Shown: positions 36,055 to 44,427 of the stretch, in pieces
How positions within the stretch are numbered: the stretch's first letter is position 1
Layout: every line of letters starts with the position of its first letter
From: Patescibacteria group bacterium
GTDB lineage: Bacteria; Patescibacteriota; Minisyncoccia; Phycocordibacterales; Zambryskibacteraceae
Assembly (NCBI GenBank): GCA_038058745.1
Contig: JBBUAI010000014.1
Span: 1 to 49,901, forward strand
Direction: 5' to 3'
DNA: 49,901 nt
Program-made: the position numbers and the translations under genes
Notes under the pieces: generated by a model
What the model was told of the DNA's origin: nothing
What the model saw: the letters and a program-made list of their open reading frames with translations, nothing else
Database searches by the model: none

Positions 36055-38415
36055 ATGCTTAAGATAACCAAAAATCACAAAGCTAGTTTTCTCGCGTTTC
36101 TCTCATTTTTATTTCTCCTACCACTCTTTTTTGTCCCGGACGGAGCTCTCCCTCTGGCGAGCGCCAAAGCCGCACTCATGGCTTTCGGCATTGTTATAGT
36201 CACTCTGATATTCTTATTGGAAACTTGGCAGGAAGGAAAGCTAGACATTCCCTGGCACCCGTTTGTTCTCGTCACCCTCCTCCTGCCTCTGGTCTATTTG
36301 ATTTCCGCTCTTCTCTCGACGCCGTCCTCACTTTCGCTTCTCGGTTATAACTTCGAGGCGGGAACTTTCGGCTACATGCTTTTCGGTTGCGCCTTTCTTG
36401 TCCTTGTCGGCATGATTTTCACAAATACCGTGAGAATTCTCCAGGCTCTGGTGGCATTTCTTCTCTCCGTATCGATCGTGGCTATTTTTATGGTTATTAA
36501 AGTTCTCTTCGGTCTACCGGCTATTCTAGGGAGTGATATCATGGTCTGGGGAAATTTCTTCGGTAATATGGGTAACCCTTTAGGCGATTGGACTGACCTG
36601 GGGGTGGTTTTTGGATTACTCTCCGTCTTTACAGCACTCATCCTCGGCATGATTCCCATGAGGCTCATCGCCCGGGCGCTTATCTACACTGTTTTCGTAA
36701 CATCCGCAGCGCTTCTTGTCATTATCAATTTCTTCCCAGCTTTTATTCTAACCTTAGGGGCTTCTATTCTGCTCCTCTTCTACTTCGGAAAGGTTGAGAA
36801 GCAATTCTTTTCCACCGCAAACGCTGTGCCCGGGAAGTCGCCACGCTTTTTCCTCAAACCAGCTTTCTTGCCTATCATTCTTGGCCTAATCTCTGTCATC
36901 TTCCTTATAAACCCCACCGTCTCGGAGACTAGGGGAAGTCTCGGTGATGTAGTCGCCAATACTTTCAAAATCAATAATACCAGCGTGCGTCCGTCATTCG
37001 CCGCCACCTTAAGCATATCCAAGGCGGTACTCTCACAAGTCGCCTTTCTCGGTTCCGGCCCCAACACCTTTAGCCACGACTGGCTTATCTACAAGCCTCT
37101 AAATGTCAACGCCACTCCTTTCTGGGCCACGACCTTCCCCTTCGGCATCGGCTTCATACCTACCCAGATAGCTTCTACCGGCATTCTTGGTTCTACTTTC
37201 TGGCTCGCCTTCTTTGTCTTTCTGATTTTCCTGGGAATCAAAGTTCTAGATCGTATTCCCGAATCCAGAGCCGAGCGCTTCACTCTTATCACCGTCTGCC
37301 TATTCACTTTCTATCTATGGGTTTCGAGCTTCCTCTATGCCCCGTCGGAAGTGATGCTTATGCTCTCCTTCATCTTCTCCGGGCTCTTGGTGGCTGCGAG
37401 TCGTAGTGTGGGCATCGTACCTTCTCGCGCCGTAGCTCTTCGAGAGCCTTCGCGAACTCGCTTCATCTCGACCACACTTGTGGCGATAATCGCTCTTGGA
37501 GCGCTCTTTCTCGGCTGGGTCGGATTCGAGAAGACTGCCTCGGCCCTCTACTTCAAAAGAGCCATCGACCTTTCCAATACTACCGGAACGTCTCTACCGG
37601 AACTTGCCGCAATAGAGGAGGAGCTCGATCGGGCAATAAGCTTCGCTCCGACCGACGCGCATTATTTCGCCATCTCGCGTACCAACTTTGCCAAGGCTCA
37701 AGCAACAGCGAATATTAACACAGGTAGCCCGAAAGAAAATCAAGCAACTTTCGAAGAAGCGGTGAAAAAGAGCATTGAGGCGGCGCGCTCCGCCGTCAGC
37801 ATAAATCCGGCCGGGTTTCAAAACTGGGTATCGCTCGGCATGATTTACAGCGCTTTGGTGCCAGCGCCGCTATCCGTGGAAGGGGCATATGAGAATGCTC
37901 GTTTTGCCTACAATGAGGCACTTAAGAAGAATCCTAATAATCCGGAATTGTATCTTCTTCTCGCTCGGCTTGAATTCAGCAAGGGCAATGTGGAAGGAGC
38001 GCGCTCACTTATAAGGAACGCCATTGCGCTCAAAGAGGATTATACTAATGCTTATCTCATGCTCGCAGAGCTTGAAGTGGGGGCAGGTAACACTACCGCC
38101 GCCATCGCTTCTGCCGAAAAGCTCGCGCTCTTGGTTCCCAATAATCCCGGCCTCTACTTCGAATTAGGGCTCCTGAAATATCGGAACAAAGATTACGCGG
38201 GCGCCGAGCAAGCGCTCTCTCTGGCGTTAAAGCTTGCGCCGGAATATGCCAATGCCAGGTACTATCTCGGGCTCACGCTCTCTGGCCTTGGCCGTCTCAC
38301 TGAAGCGCAAAAGGAGTTTGAAACTCTGACCAAGACTAATCCGAACAATCCTGAAGTCGAAGCCGCCCTCGCTTCTCTGCGCCAAGGCAAGAGTCCTATT
38401 CCCAAAACACAGTAA
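36055..38415 (+). CDS. Polytopic membrane protein (O-antigen-ligase-like) with extended C-terminal TPR domain
   Basis: 786 aa with at least 10 hydrophobic helices. FLGSGPNTF is a motif like the G.G..F of Wzy_C proteins. The C-terminal roughly 230 aa are clear TPR repeats (NPELYLLLARLEFSKGNVEGARSL..., YFELGLLKYRNKDYAGAEQAL..., ARYYLGLTLSGLGRLTEAQKEF). Confidence 0.7.
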   Translation: MLKITKNHKASFLAFLSFLFLLPLFFVPDGALPLASAKAALMAFGIVIVTLIFLLETWQEGKLDIPWHPFVLVTLLLPLVYLISALLSTPSSLSLLGYNFEAGTFGYMLFGCAFLVLVGMIFTNTVRILQALVAFLLSVSIVAIFMVIKVLFGLPAILGSDIMVWGNFFGNMGNPLGDWTDLGVVFGLLSVFTALILGMIPMRLIARALIYTVFVTSAALLVIINFFPAFILTLGASILLLFYFGKVEKQFFSTANAVPGKSPRFFLKPAFLPIILGLISVIFLINPTVSETRGSLGDVVANTFKINNTSVRPSFAATLSISKAVLSQVAFLGSGPNTFSHDWLIYKPLNVNATPFWATTFPFGIGFIPTQIASTGILGSTFWLAFFVFLIFLGIKVLDRIPESRAERFTLITVCLFTFYLWVSSFLYAPSEVMLMLSFIFSGLLVAASRSVGIVPSRAVALREPSRTRFISTTLVAIIALGALFLGWVGFEKTASALYFKRAIDLSNTTGTSLPELAAIEEELDRAISFAPTDAHYFAISRTNFAKAQATANINTGSPKENQATFEEAVKKSIEAARSAVSINPAGFQNWVSLGMIYSALVPAPLSVEGAYENARFAYNEALKKNPNNPELYLLLARLEFSKGNVEGARSLIRNAIALKEDYTNAYLMLAELEVGAGNTTAAIASAEKLALLVPNNPGLYFELGLLKYRNKDYAGAEQALSLALKLAPEYANARYYLGLTLSGLGRLTEAQKEFETLTKTNPNNPEVEAALASLRQGKSPIPKTQ

Positions 38416-40124
38416 TGGTCAGAAAGATATTCGGCTTTTTCTATCAAGGATTTCTTGACAAAGAAATCAATTCCTTAAACCAGGCGGCGTTTCTTTTAGG
38501 ATTCTTTTCCCTACTCTCTCAATTCATCGGGTTTCTGCGCGACCGGCTTCTGGCCCATATGTTCGGGGCTGGGAGCGAACTTGACGTATACTACGCGGCA
38601 TTCCGCATACCGGACTTTCTCTTTGTTTCTGTTGCCTCAATCGTTTCGCTCTCCGTGCTCGTTCCCTTTATTATTGAAAAAGAAGCCGTCGGCAGGCACG
38701 CTCTGCACGATTTTATAGACAGCATCTTCTCCTTCTTCAGTATTCTTATCCTGGGGGTAGCGGCTCTCGTATATTTTCTCATGCCGCAAATCTCTCAAAC
38801 GCTTTTCAAGGGATTTTCCCCAGCCGCGCTCGAGGATGTGATTTTCATCTCTCGGCTTATGCTCCTTTCTCCCATAATCTTGGGGCTCTCCAATCTCTTT
38901 GGCTCACTTACCCAAGCCTACAACCGCTTTCTCATCTATGCCTTGGCGCCTATTCTATACAACGCGGGCATTGTCATAGGCATTATGATTTTTTCTCAAA
39001 AACTCGGCATCCTAGGTGCGGCCATAGGGGTAATTCTCGGCGCCTCCCTTCATCTTCTGGTGCAGGTGCCGTTTGTCTGGCAATCCGGCCTTCTGCCCCG
39101 CCTTCGCCTAGGCTTCGGCGGGCAAGCGAGTCCCGATTGGCGCGTCATACACAGTGTAGTGAGAATTTCCTTTCCGCGTACGCTTACATTATCCATGAGC
39201 TCCGTAGTCTTGCTATTTCTCGTGGCTATGGCGGCAAGAATAGCGTCCGGCTCTGTCTCCATCATCTCGCTTTCAAACAATATCCAGACAATCTCTCTTT
39301 CTCTCATCGGCGTCTCGTATTCCCTGGCCGCCTTCCCAACGCTTTCTCGCAAGTTTCAGGAGAAGGATATGAAGGCTTTCGTCGAGCAGATGGCGACCTC
39401 CACGCGGTTCATCATCTTCTGGTCTCTGCCTTTAACGGCGCTTCTGATAGTTCTGCGCGCCCAGGTAGTTCGGGTGCTTTTGGGAAGTGGCCTTTTTGAT
39501 TGGGGCGCCACGCGGCTTACAGCTGCTGCTGTCGCCCTTTTTGCAATCTCGTCGCTTTTCCAATCACTCATGCTCCTATTTATGAGAGGATTTTATTCCG
39601 CGGGCTTTACCCGAAAGCCTTTTTACGTCAATCTCTTCTCAACTCTTGCGCTGGGGCTAATCACTTACTATCTGCTTGAACTTTTCTACCGTTCGAACAT
39701 TTTCCATCTCTTTATCACCACTCTTCTTAAAGTTGAAGACCTGCCGTCGAGCGCCGTATTGATGCTTCCGCTCGGCTTCTCCTTAGGCACGTTCCTTAAC
39801 ACCATCATTCTCTGGTACGCGTTTGAACGCGAGTTCCCCGGGTTCTCGCAAGGCATAGTGAGAACATTATTTGAGGGGGTAGGCGCGGCCTGTATCATGG
39901 GGGCCGTCTCTTATGCCGGGCTGAATATTTTCGCCAGCTTTTTCAATACCGACACTCTGGCCGGGATATTTCTGCAGGGTTTTGCCGCCGGCATCTTGGG
40001 CATCGTAGCGGCGGTATTGGTCCTCATCGCCTTAAAGAGTCCGGAGCTCTCACAAGTGTCCAGGGCTTTACGCGGCCGGTTCTGGAAGACAAAAGTTATT
40101 GCCACTGACCCGGAGATAATCTAG
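38415..40124 (+). CDS. murJ: Lipid II flippase MurJ/MviN
   Basis: LLSQFIGFLRDRLLAHMFGAGSELDVYYAAFRIPDFLF parallels E. coli MurJ [36 protein letters not shown]. The protein is a 14-TM-type polytopic protein. Confidence 0.9.
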   Translation: MVRKIFGFFYQGFLDKEINSLNQAAFLLGFFSLLSQFIGFLRDRLLAHMFGAGSELDVYYAAFRIPDFLFVSVASIVSLSVLVPFIIEKEAVGRHALHDFIDSIFSFFSILILGVAALVYFLMPQISQTLFKGFSPAALEDVIFISRLMLLSPIILGLSNLFGSLTQAYNRFLIYALAPILYNAGIVIGIMIFSQKLGILGAAIGVILGASLHLLVQVPFVWQSGLLPRLRLGFGGQASPDWRVIHSVVRISFPRTLTLSMSSVVLLFLVAMAARIASGSVSIISLSNNIQTISLSLIGVSYSLAAFPTLSRKFQEKDMKAFVEQMATSTRFIIFWSLPLTALLIVLRAQVVRVLLGSGLFDWGATRLTAAAVALFAISSLFQSLMLLFMRGFYSAGFTRKPFYVNLFSTLALGLITYYLLELFYRSNIFHLFITTLLKVEDLPSSAVLMLPLGFSLGTFLNTIILWYAFEREFPGFSQGIVRTLFEGVGAACIMGAVSYAGLNIFASFFNTDTLAGIFLQGFAAGILGIVAAVLVLIALKSPELSQVSRALRGRFWKTKVIATDPEII

Positions 40125-40131
40125 ACTCATG

Positions 40132-40159
40132 ATTCAAGATTTAAGATTCAGGATTTATG
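40132..40159 (+). repeat. 7-bp-period array (ATTCAAG ATTTAAG ATTCAGG ATTTATG) abutting the lepA start codon
   Basis: Read directly from the sequence. The last unit contains the lepA ATG (40157). About 27 of 30 nt match the sense strand of tsaD at 48585-48619. Confidence 0.6.
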
Positions 40160-41962
40160 AATAATATCCGAAACTTCAGCATCATTGCCCATATTGACCA
40201 TGGCAAGTCCACCCTGGCGGACCGGATGCTTGAATTGACCCATACTATCGAGAAGCGGGATATGCGCGCGCAGGTGCTCGATTCCATGGAGCTCGAACGG
40301 GAGCGGGGCATTACCATCAAGATGCAGCCGGTTCGGATGAGTTGGGAGTTTGAAGCCGTAAGCTATCAGCTCAATCTAATAGACACGCCTGGTCACATCG
40401 ATTTTTCTTATGAAGTATCACGCGCACTCCGCGCAGTCGAGGGCTCGCTTCTCCTCGTTGACGCCACACGGGGTGTGCAGGCCCAGACACTCACCACTCT
40501 TAATATGGCGAAAGATGCCGGACTTGTTATCATTCCGGTAATTTCGAAAATCGATTCTCCCTTAGCGCGTGTTCCAGAGGTAAAAGAAGAAATAGCAGAA
40601 CTTCTGGGAGTATCGCCGGAAGAGATTATCTTAGTATCCGGCAAGACCGGGGAAGGCGTTGGTAATCTTTTGGAAGAAATTGTAAAGAGAGTTCCCGCTC
40701 CGAATCAAGGTCCGACCTTAAGTATCAATGCCCAAAGCCGGACCTTCAGGTCGCTTGTTTTTGATTTTAAATACTTGAACCATAAAGGGGTGATAGTATT
40801 CGTCCGCGTCTTTGATGGCGTTGTAAAAAGGGGGGACCGGCTCAAATTCAAAGCGGCCGGTAATGAATTCCAGGCACTTGAAGTCGGAATCTTTACTCCG
40901 AATGAAAGGTCTGTCGAAAGTCTGAAAGCGGGCGAAATCGGCTATATCGTCACCGGCATCAAAAAGCCGGGTATCGCCTCCGTGGGCGACACAGTTGCCT
41001 CTATTTCTGATACATTGCCCGTACTGCCCGGATACGATGTGGCCCGTCCTGTTGTCTGGGCTTCCGTCTATCCCGAGAATCAGGACCATTTTATCAATCT
41101 TAAACACGCCCTCGGAACTTTGCATCTTTCGGATTCAGCTTTTTCCTTCGAAGAAGAATCTTCAGGAGTTTTGGGCAGGGGATTTCGCTGTGGTTTTCTG
41201 GGGATGCTTCATCTCGAGATAATCACCGAGCGGCTGCGCCGTGAATTCAACCTTCCTCTCGTCATAACGTCGCCATCCATCACTTACCGTGTCGAATATA
41301 AAAATGGCAAAGAGGAGTGGATCTATACCCCATCTTTTTTCCCTGAAGACCACATGATAAACGCGGTATACGAGCCGTGGATTTCGGCGGCAATAATATT
41401 GCCGCCGAAATATCTCGGCGCAATCATGCAGTTACTACATGAATTTGAAGCTGAAATCGGAGAGAGTGAAAGTTTCGGAGATTCTCGAACATCTATCAAA
41501 TTTGAAATGCCTTTGCGGGAGCTTATGCGGGGATTCTTCGACCGGCTCAAAGGCGCCACTTCCGGCTTCGGCTCGATTTCCTACACGCTTACAGGTGAAA
41601 AGATCGCCGATGTGGCCCGGCTTGATATCCTTGTCGCCGACGAGTCCGTGCCCGCGTTTAGCAAAGTAATAGCCCGGCGGCTCCTTCAAACGGAGGGAGA
41701 GAAAGCGGTCGAGAAGCTCTTCGAAATCCTGCCACGCCAGATGTTTACCGTAAAGATCCAGGCCAAGGCCCTGGGACGCATACTATCGAGCCGCACCTTA
41801 AGCGGCACGAAGAAAGACGTGACCCAGCATATGTATGGCGGGGATATTACCCGCAAGATGAAGCTCCGAGAGAAGCAGAAAAAGGGCAAGAAGAAGATGA
41901 AAGAGCGGGGTAGGGTCAATATTCCGCAAGAGGTCTTTCTTAAAATGATTAGAAATGACTAA
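40157..41962 (+). CDS. lepA: Translation elongation factor 4 (LepA)
   Basis: [32 protein letters not shown], and the LepA-specific C-terminal domain ([11 protein letters not shown]...QKKGKKKMK). Confidence 0.97.
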   Translation: MNNIRNFSIIAHIDHGKSTLADRMLELTHTIEKRDMRAQVLDSMELERERGITIKMQPVRMSWEFEAVSYQLNLIDTPGHIDFSYEVSRALRAVEGSLLLVDATRGVQAQTLTTLNMAKDAGLVIIPVISKIDSPLARVPEVKEEIAELLGVSPEEIILVSGKTGEGVGNLLEEIVKRVPAPNQGPTLSINAQSRTFRSLVFDFKYLNHKGVIVFVRVFDGVVKRGDRLKFKAAGNEFQALEVGIFTPNERSVESLKAGEIGYIVTGIKKPGIASVGDTVASISDTLPVLPGYDVARPVVWASVYPENQDHFINLKHALGTLHLSDSAFSFEEESSGVLGRGFRCGFLGMLHLEIITERLRREFNLPLVITSPSITYRVEYKNGKEEWIYTPSFFPEDHMINAVYEPWISAAIILPPKYLGAIMQLLHEFEAEIGESESFGDSRTSIKFEMPLRELMRGFFDRLKGATSGFGSISYTLTGEKIADVARLDILVADESVPAFSKVIARRLLQTEGEKAVEKLFEILPRQMFTVKIQAKALGRILSSRTLSGTKKDVTQHMYGGDITRKMKLREKQKKGKKKMKERGRVNIPQEVFLKMIRND

Positions 41963-42063
41963 AAGATCGGCGCGTAAGCGAGAATCATCGATATAGCGAT
42001 AAGAATAGCCAGAACTCCCCAAATGGCCCTTACCTTACCCCGATGTCTTCTGTCGAATAGCAT
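41959..42063 (-). CDS. Possible 34-aa small membrane protein
   Basis: ATG 42063 to TAG 41959 gives [34 protein letters not shown], a basic N-terminus plus one TM helix. It is too short for the ORF track and overlaps the lepA stop convergently by 4 nt. I see no clear RBS. Confidence 0.3.
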   Translation of the reverse strand: MLFDRRHRGKVRAIWGVLAILIAISMILAYAPIF

Positions 42064-42092
42064 TTCTTATATGTTAACATATTTCGTACGGG

Positions 42093-42479
42093 ATGAAAGA
42101 ACTGGAGAGAAGACAGTTGGCAAGAAGAGTCATATACTCCATACCGTCTCTTTGCCTGCTTGTCCTGCTCACATTTCTCTTAGCCAGAGGAGCACTTGGC
42201 ATTTTCCTCAAGGAGCGTGAAAGTGCAAAGAGGGTTTCCGAACTTGAGACAAAGGCACTCGCCAGAGAGAAAAGGCAGGAAGAACTCGAGGCCTTCATCG
42301 CACGGTTGAAGACCGAAGAAGGTATTGTCGATGAAATAAAGGATAAATTCAGCGTAGTAAGAGAGGGTGAACACGTAGCCATAATTGTCGATGCTCGCGA
42401 GGATCAAGCTTCAACCAGCGTTACAAAAATCTCTTGGTATAAAAGATTATGGACTGCTATAATGTCTCTTTATGAATAA
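42093..42479 (+). CDS. Septum-formation-initiator-like protein (FtsB/DivIC family)
   Basis: N-terminal TM helix (IPSLCLLVLLTFLLA), coiled coil (ERESAKRVSELETKALAREKRQEELEAFIARLKTEEG), then IVDEIKDKFSVVREGEHV, like the DivIC tail. Confidence 0.55.
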   Translation: MKELERRQLARRVIYSIPSLCLLVLLTFLLARGALGIFLKERESAKRVSELETKALAREKRQEELEAFIARLKTEEGIVDEIKDKFSVVREGEHVAIIVDAREDQASTSVTKISWYKRLWTAIMSLYE

Positions 42480-42717
42480 AAAAGTGGAAATCTACTCGAC
42501 CGAAACCTGCCATTTCTGTTATATGGCAAGGGAATTTTTTAAAGAAAACAACATTCCCTTTACCGACTATAACGTGGGCAGAGATACGGCCCGCCGCGCG
42601 GAAATGCTCGATAAAAGCGGTCAGATGGGCGTACCGGTCATCGTCATCGACGACAAGGACCTCATCATCGGCTTTGACAAGAAAGCTCTCGTTAAACTTC
42701 TCGAGATACCAACTTAG
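42472..42717 (+). CDS. Glutaredoxin-family small redox protein
   Basis: 81 aa. VEIYSTETCHFCYMAREFF (CxxC) and GVPVIVIDDKDLIIGFD are typical of the Grx/NrdH fold. Confidence 0.8.
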   Translation: MNKKVEIYSTETCHFCYMAREFFKENNIPFTDYNVGRDTARRAEMLDKSGQMGVPVIVIDDKDLIIGFDKKALVKLLEIPT

Positions 42718-42724
42718 TAAGAGG

Positions 42725-42797
42725 TGCCCAGAGTCAGGATCGAACTGACGACCCCTTCCTCTTCAGGGAAGTGCTCTACCAACTGAGCTATCTGGGC
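42725..42797 (-). tRNA. tRNA-Phe (anticodon GAA)
   Basis: The reverse complement GCCCAGATAGCTCAGTTGGTAGAGCACTTCCCTGAAGAGGAAGGGGTCGTCAGTTCGATCCTGACTCTGGGCA folds as a canonical 73-nt cloverleaf with anticodon loop CTGAAGA. The 3' CCA is not fully encoded (CCT follows). Confidence 0.95.
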
Positions 42798-42801
42798 AAA
42801 C

Positions 42802-43030
42802 TTATCTTGTCAATAAATCTTGCAACCGGCTGTAAGTACTCCCTGCCTGATTTATATACGGCTCAAGCAGGAAGTATCCTATCACAAGCGGCGCTATGAT
42901 AACGGCAAGCTTGATGAATCCATAAACAGCCGCTCTTTTGGCTCTTTTTATCCATCTTTTTCAGTATCTGGTTGTTCTCTTCCGAGAGCTTCAGAGAACG
43001 TTCTATAAGGTGTTTTTCTTCTGGATTCAT
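42802..43030 (-). pseudogene. Small coiled-coil/TM protein gene interrupted by a +1 frameshift in an A-run (or a homopolymer sequencing error)
   Basis: ATG 43030 gives MNPEEKHLIERSLKLSEENNQILKKMDKK.... After gataaaaagagcc the sensible continuation (AKRAAVYGFIKLAVIIAPLVIGYFLLEPYINQAGSTYSRLQDLLTR*, one TM helix) is in the +1 frame. The total length of 229 nt equals 3n+1. Confidence 0.4.
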
Positions 43031-43037
43031 GTAGAAG

Positions 43038-43066
43038 ATTATAGCAAAAATATGCTATATTTTCAA
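43038..43066 (-). promoter_or_regulatory. Near-consensus sigma70-type promoter (TTGAAA-17 nt-TATAAT) directing a probably leaderless transcript
   Basis: On the minus strand: TTGAAA (43066-43061), a 17-nt spacer, TATAAT (43043-43038), then 7 nt to ATG 43030. Confidence 0.5.
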
Positions 43067-43071
43067 CGTTC

Positions 43072-43146
43072 GCCGCTGTAGTTCAACGGATAGAACAGCG
43101 CCGTCCTAAGGCGTTGATGTAGGTTCAATTCCTGCCGGTGGCACCA
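43072..43146 (+). tRNA. tRNA-Arg (anticodon CCU), CCA encoded
   Basis: GCCGCTG TA GTTC AACGGATA GAAC A GCGCC GTCCTAA GGCGT TGAT GTAGG TTCAATT CCTGC CGGTGGC A CCA. The cloverleaf has two G.U pairs in the acceptor stem and a T-loop TTCAATT. Position 32 is an unusual G. A TGcTATATT extended -10 lies just upstream. Confidence 0.88.
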
Positions 43147-43177
43147 TTAAATTTAATTAAAACAATGGATAATTGCT

Positions 43178-43645
43178 TTAATTTCCCCTGACGCGGAGTT
43201 TGGTCTGGCGGTTTTTGTCGAGCTTGGGCAGGAGGAGGATGAGCATGCCGTACTTTTCGCTTGCTTCCGCCTCATCAACATTGATTTCTTCCGGCAGGTT
43301 TATCGTCCTTGAGAATGAGCCCCAGTAAAGCTCGCGATGGATGTAATCACCCTCCGAAACCGTTCTTTCTTCACCGCGCTCGCCCCGGATGGTGACGGAA
43401 TCGCGGGTAATGGAGACATCCAGATCGTCCGGCTTGACTCCGGCCACCATGGTTTTGATTATTATTTCGGTCGGAGTATGATAGACGTCTACGGTAAGCT
43501 GGGCTTCCTCCAGTTCTTCGAAGATATTATGTTTACCCGAGTTTCTGGTCAGCGCAACATTATCAGAAGAGGCACCCGCCTCTTCTGATTCATCCAGCCG
43601 GACCGCTCCGGTCAGTCTTTCAAAAAAGCTTCTTTTATTTTTCAT
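43178..43645 (-). CDS. Small heat-shock protein (Hsp20/alpha-crystallin family)
   Basis: LTVDVYHTPTEIIIKTMVAGVKPDDLDVSITRDSVTIRGER...GSFSRTINLPEEINVDEAEASEKYGMLILLLPK is a canonical alpha-crystallin domain. Confidence 0.9.
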   Translation of the reverse strand: MKNKRSFFERLTGAVRLDESEEAGASSDNVALTRNSGKHNIFEELEEAQLTVDVYHTPTEIIIKTMVAGVKPDDLDVSITRDSVTIRGERGEERTVSEGDYIHRELYWGSFSRTINLPEEINVDEAEASEKYGMLILLLPKLDKNRQTKLRVRGN

Positions 43646-43646
43646 G

Positions 43647-43713
43647 ATGCGAATAGTTACGAATTTGATCGAATGATACGAATATTTTAATTATTCGCAT
43701 GCCCTATTCGTAA
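43647..43713 (-). promoter_or_regulatory. CGAAT/ATTCG repeat array in the hsp20 5' region
   Basis: CGAAT occurs at 43650, 43660, 43670 and 43679 (spacing 10, 10, 9). The inverted copies ATTCG occur at 43693 and 43706. Longer complementary arms are ATGCGAATA/TATTCGCAT and TTACGAAT/ATTCGTAA. Confidence 0.35.
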
Positions 43714-43725
43714 GGGTTCTTAATA

Positions 43726-44427
43726 TTATAACCCAGTATTACCGCGGCGCAACGTTTTCACCATCTCAAAAGCGAAGAGCAGGAGGACAATGCCCGCCCA
43801 AACGGAGAGGAAGGAAATCATGGTTCCGGCATCGCCCCATTTAAGTATCAATATGTTGAATACTGTATGGAGGGCGACGGCCCCTATCATAGCAAGGGAG
43901 GCGATGCGTACGCGTGCACGGAGCGGCTTGTAGAAGGAGAATCCCAAGGAGACCCCGATTAGGCCGGAAGAAAGCACGTGGAGGAGACTCGCTCCGATAA
44001 AACGGAGATTTCCGGTAATTATGCTTTTTGGCACGTCTTCTCCCACGAGCGGCCCCAAGATAAAAAGAGTATTTTCCAACGCCACGAAACCGAGCGCCGC
44101 GGTTATCGTGTAGATAATGGGATCTACCGGCTCGTTGTCCTCAACGGAGTGGAGTCCGCCAAAGTATCCGGCCGCGAATTTGAAAACTTCCTCGAGTACT
44201 GCCCATAGAAATAAAGCTGTTACCATCGCATCGGGGAAAAGCCGCTCCACTCCTTTCTGAAACGGCAGCACCAGTATTACCGCGAGCATGCCGAGGAGGA
44301 AAGTTTTCCCGATAAGACCCTTCGGCTCCGGATGCTTCCTGTCCTCGCGGAGCCAGAAAGAAAGCCACAAGAGTGCCGGCAGGATGCCGCCCATGAGAGC
44401 GTAGAAAATTATCTTGGAGCTAATCAT
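43726..44427 (-). CDS. prsW: PrsW-family intramembrane metalloprotease
   Basis: Polytopic membrane protein with LREDRKHPEP, the catalytic-type motif LEEVFKFAAG (EExxK), and HTVFN (HxxxN). Its start overlaps the valS stop (ATGA). Confidence 0.75.
   Translation of the reverse strand: MISSKIIFYALMGGILPALLWLSFWLREDRKHPEPKGLIGKTFLLGMLAVILVLPFQKGVERLFPDAMVTALFLWAVLEEVFKFAAGYFGGLHSVEDNEPVDPIIYTITAALGFVALENTLFILGPLVGEDVPKSIITGNLRFIGASLLHVLSSGLIGVSLGFSFYKPLRARVRIASLAMIGAVALHTVFNILILKWGDAGTMISFLSVWAGIVLLLFAFEMVKTLRRGNTGL

Noticed and set aside
42820-43008. Plus-strand ORF of 62 aa between the two tRNAs
   Set aside because: It has no motif and no promoter. The opposite strand carries a better-supported small gene (frameshifted) with a consensus promoter.
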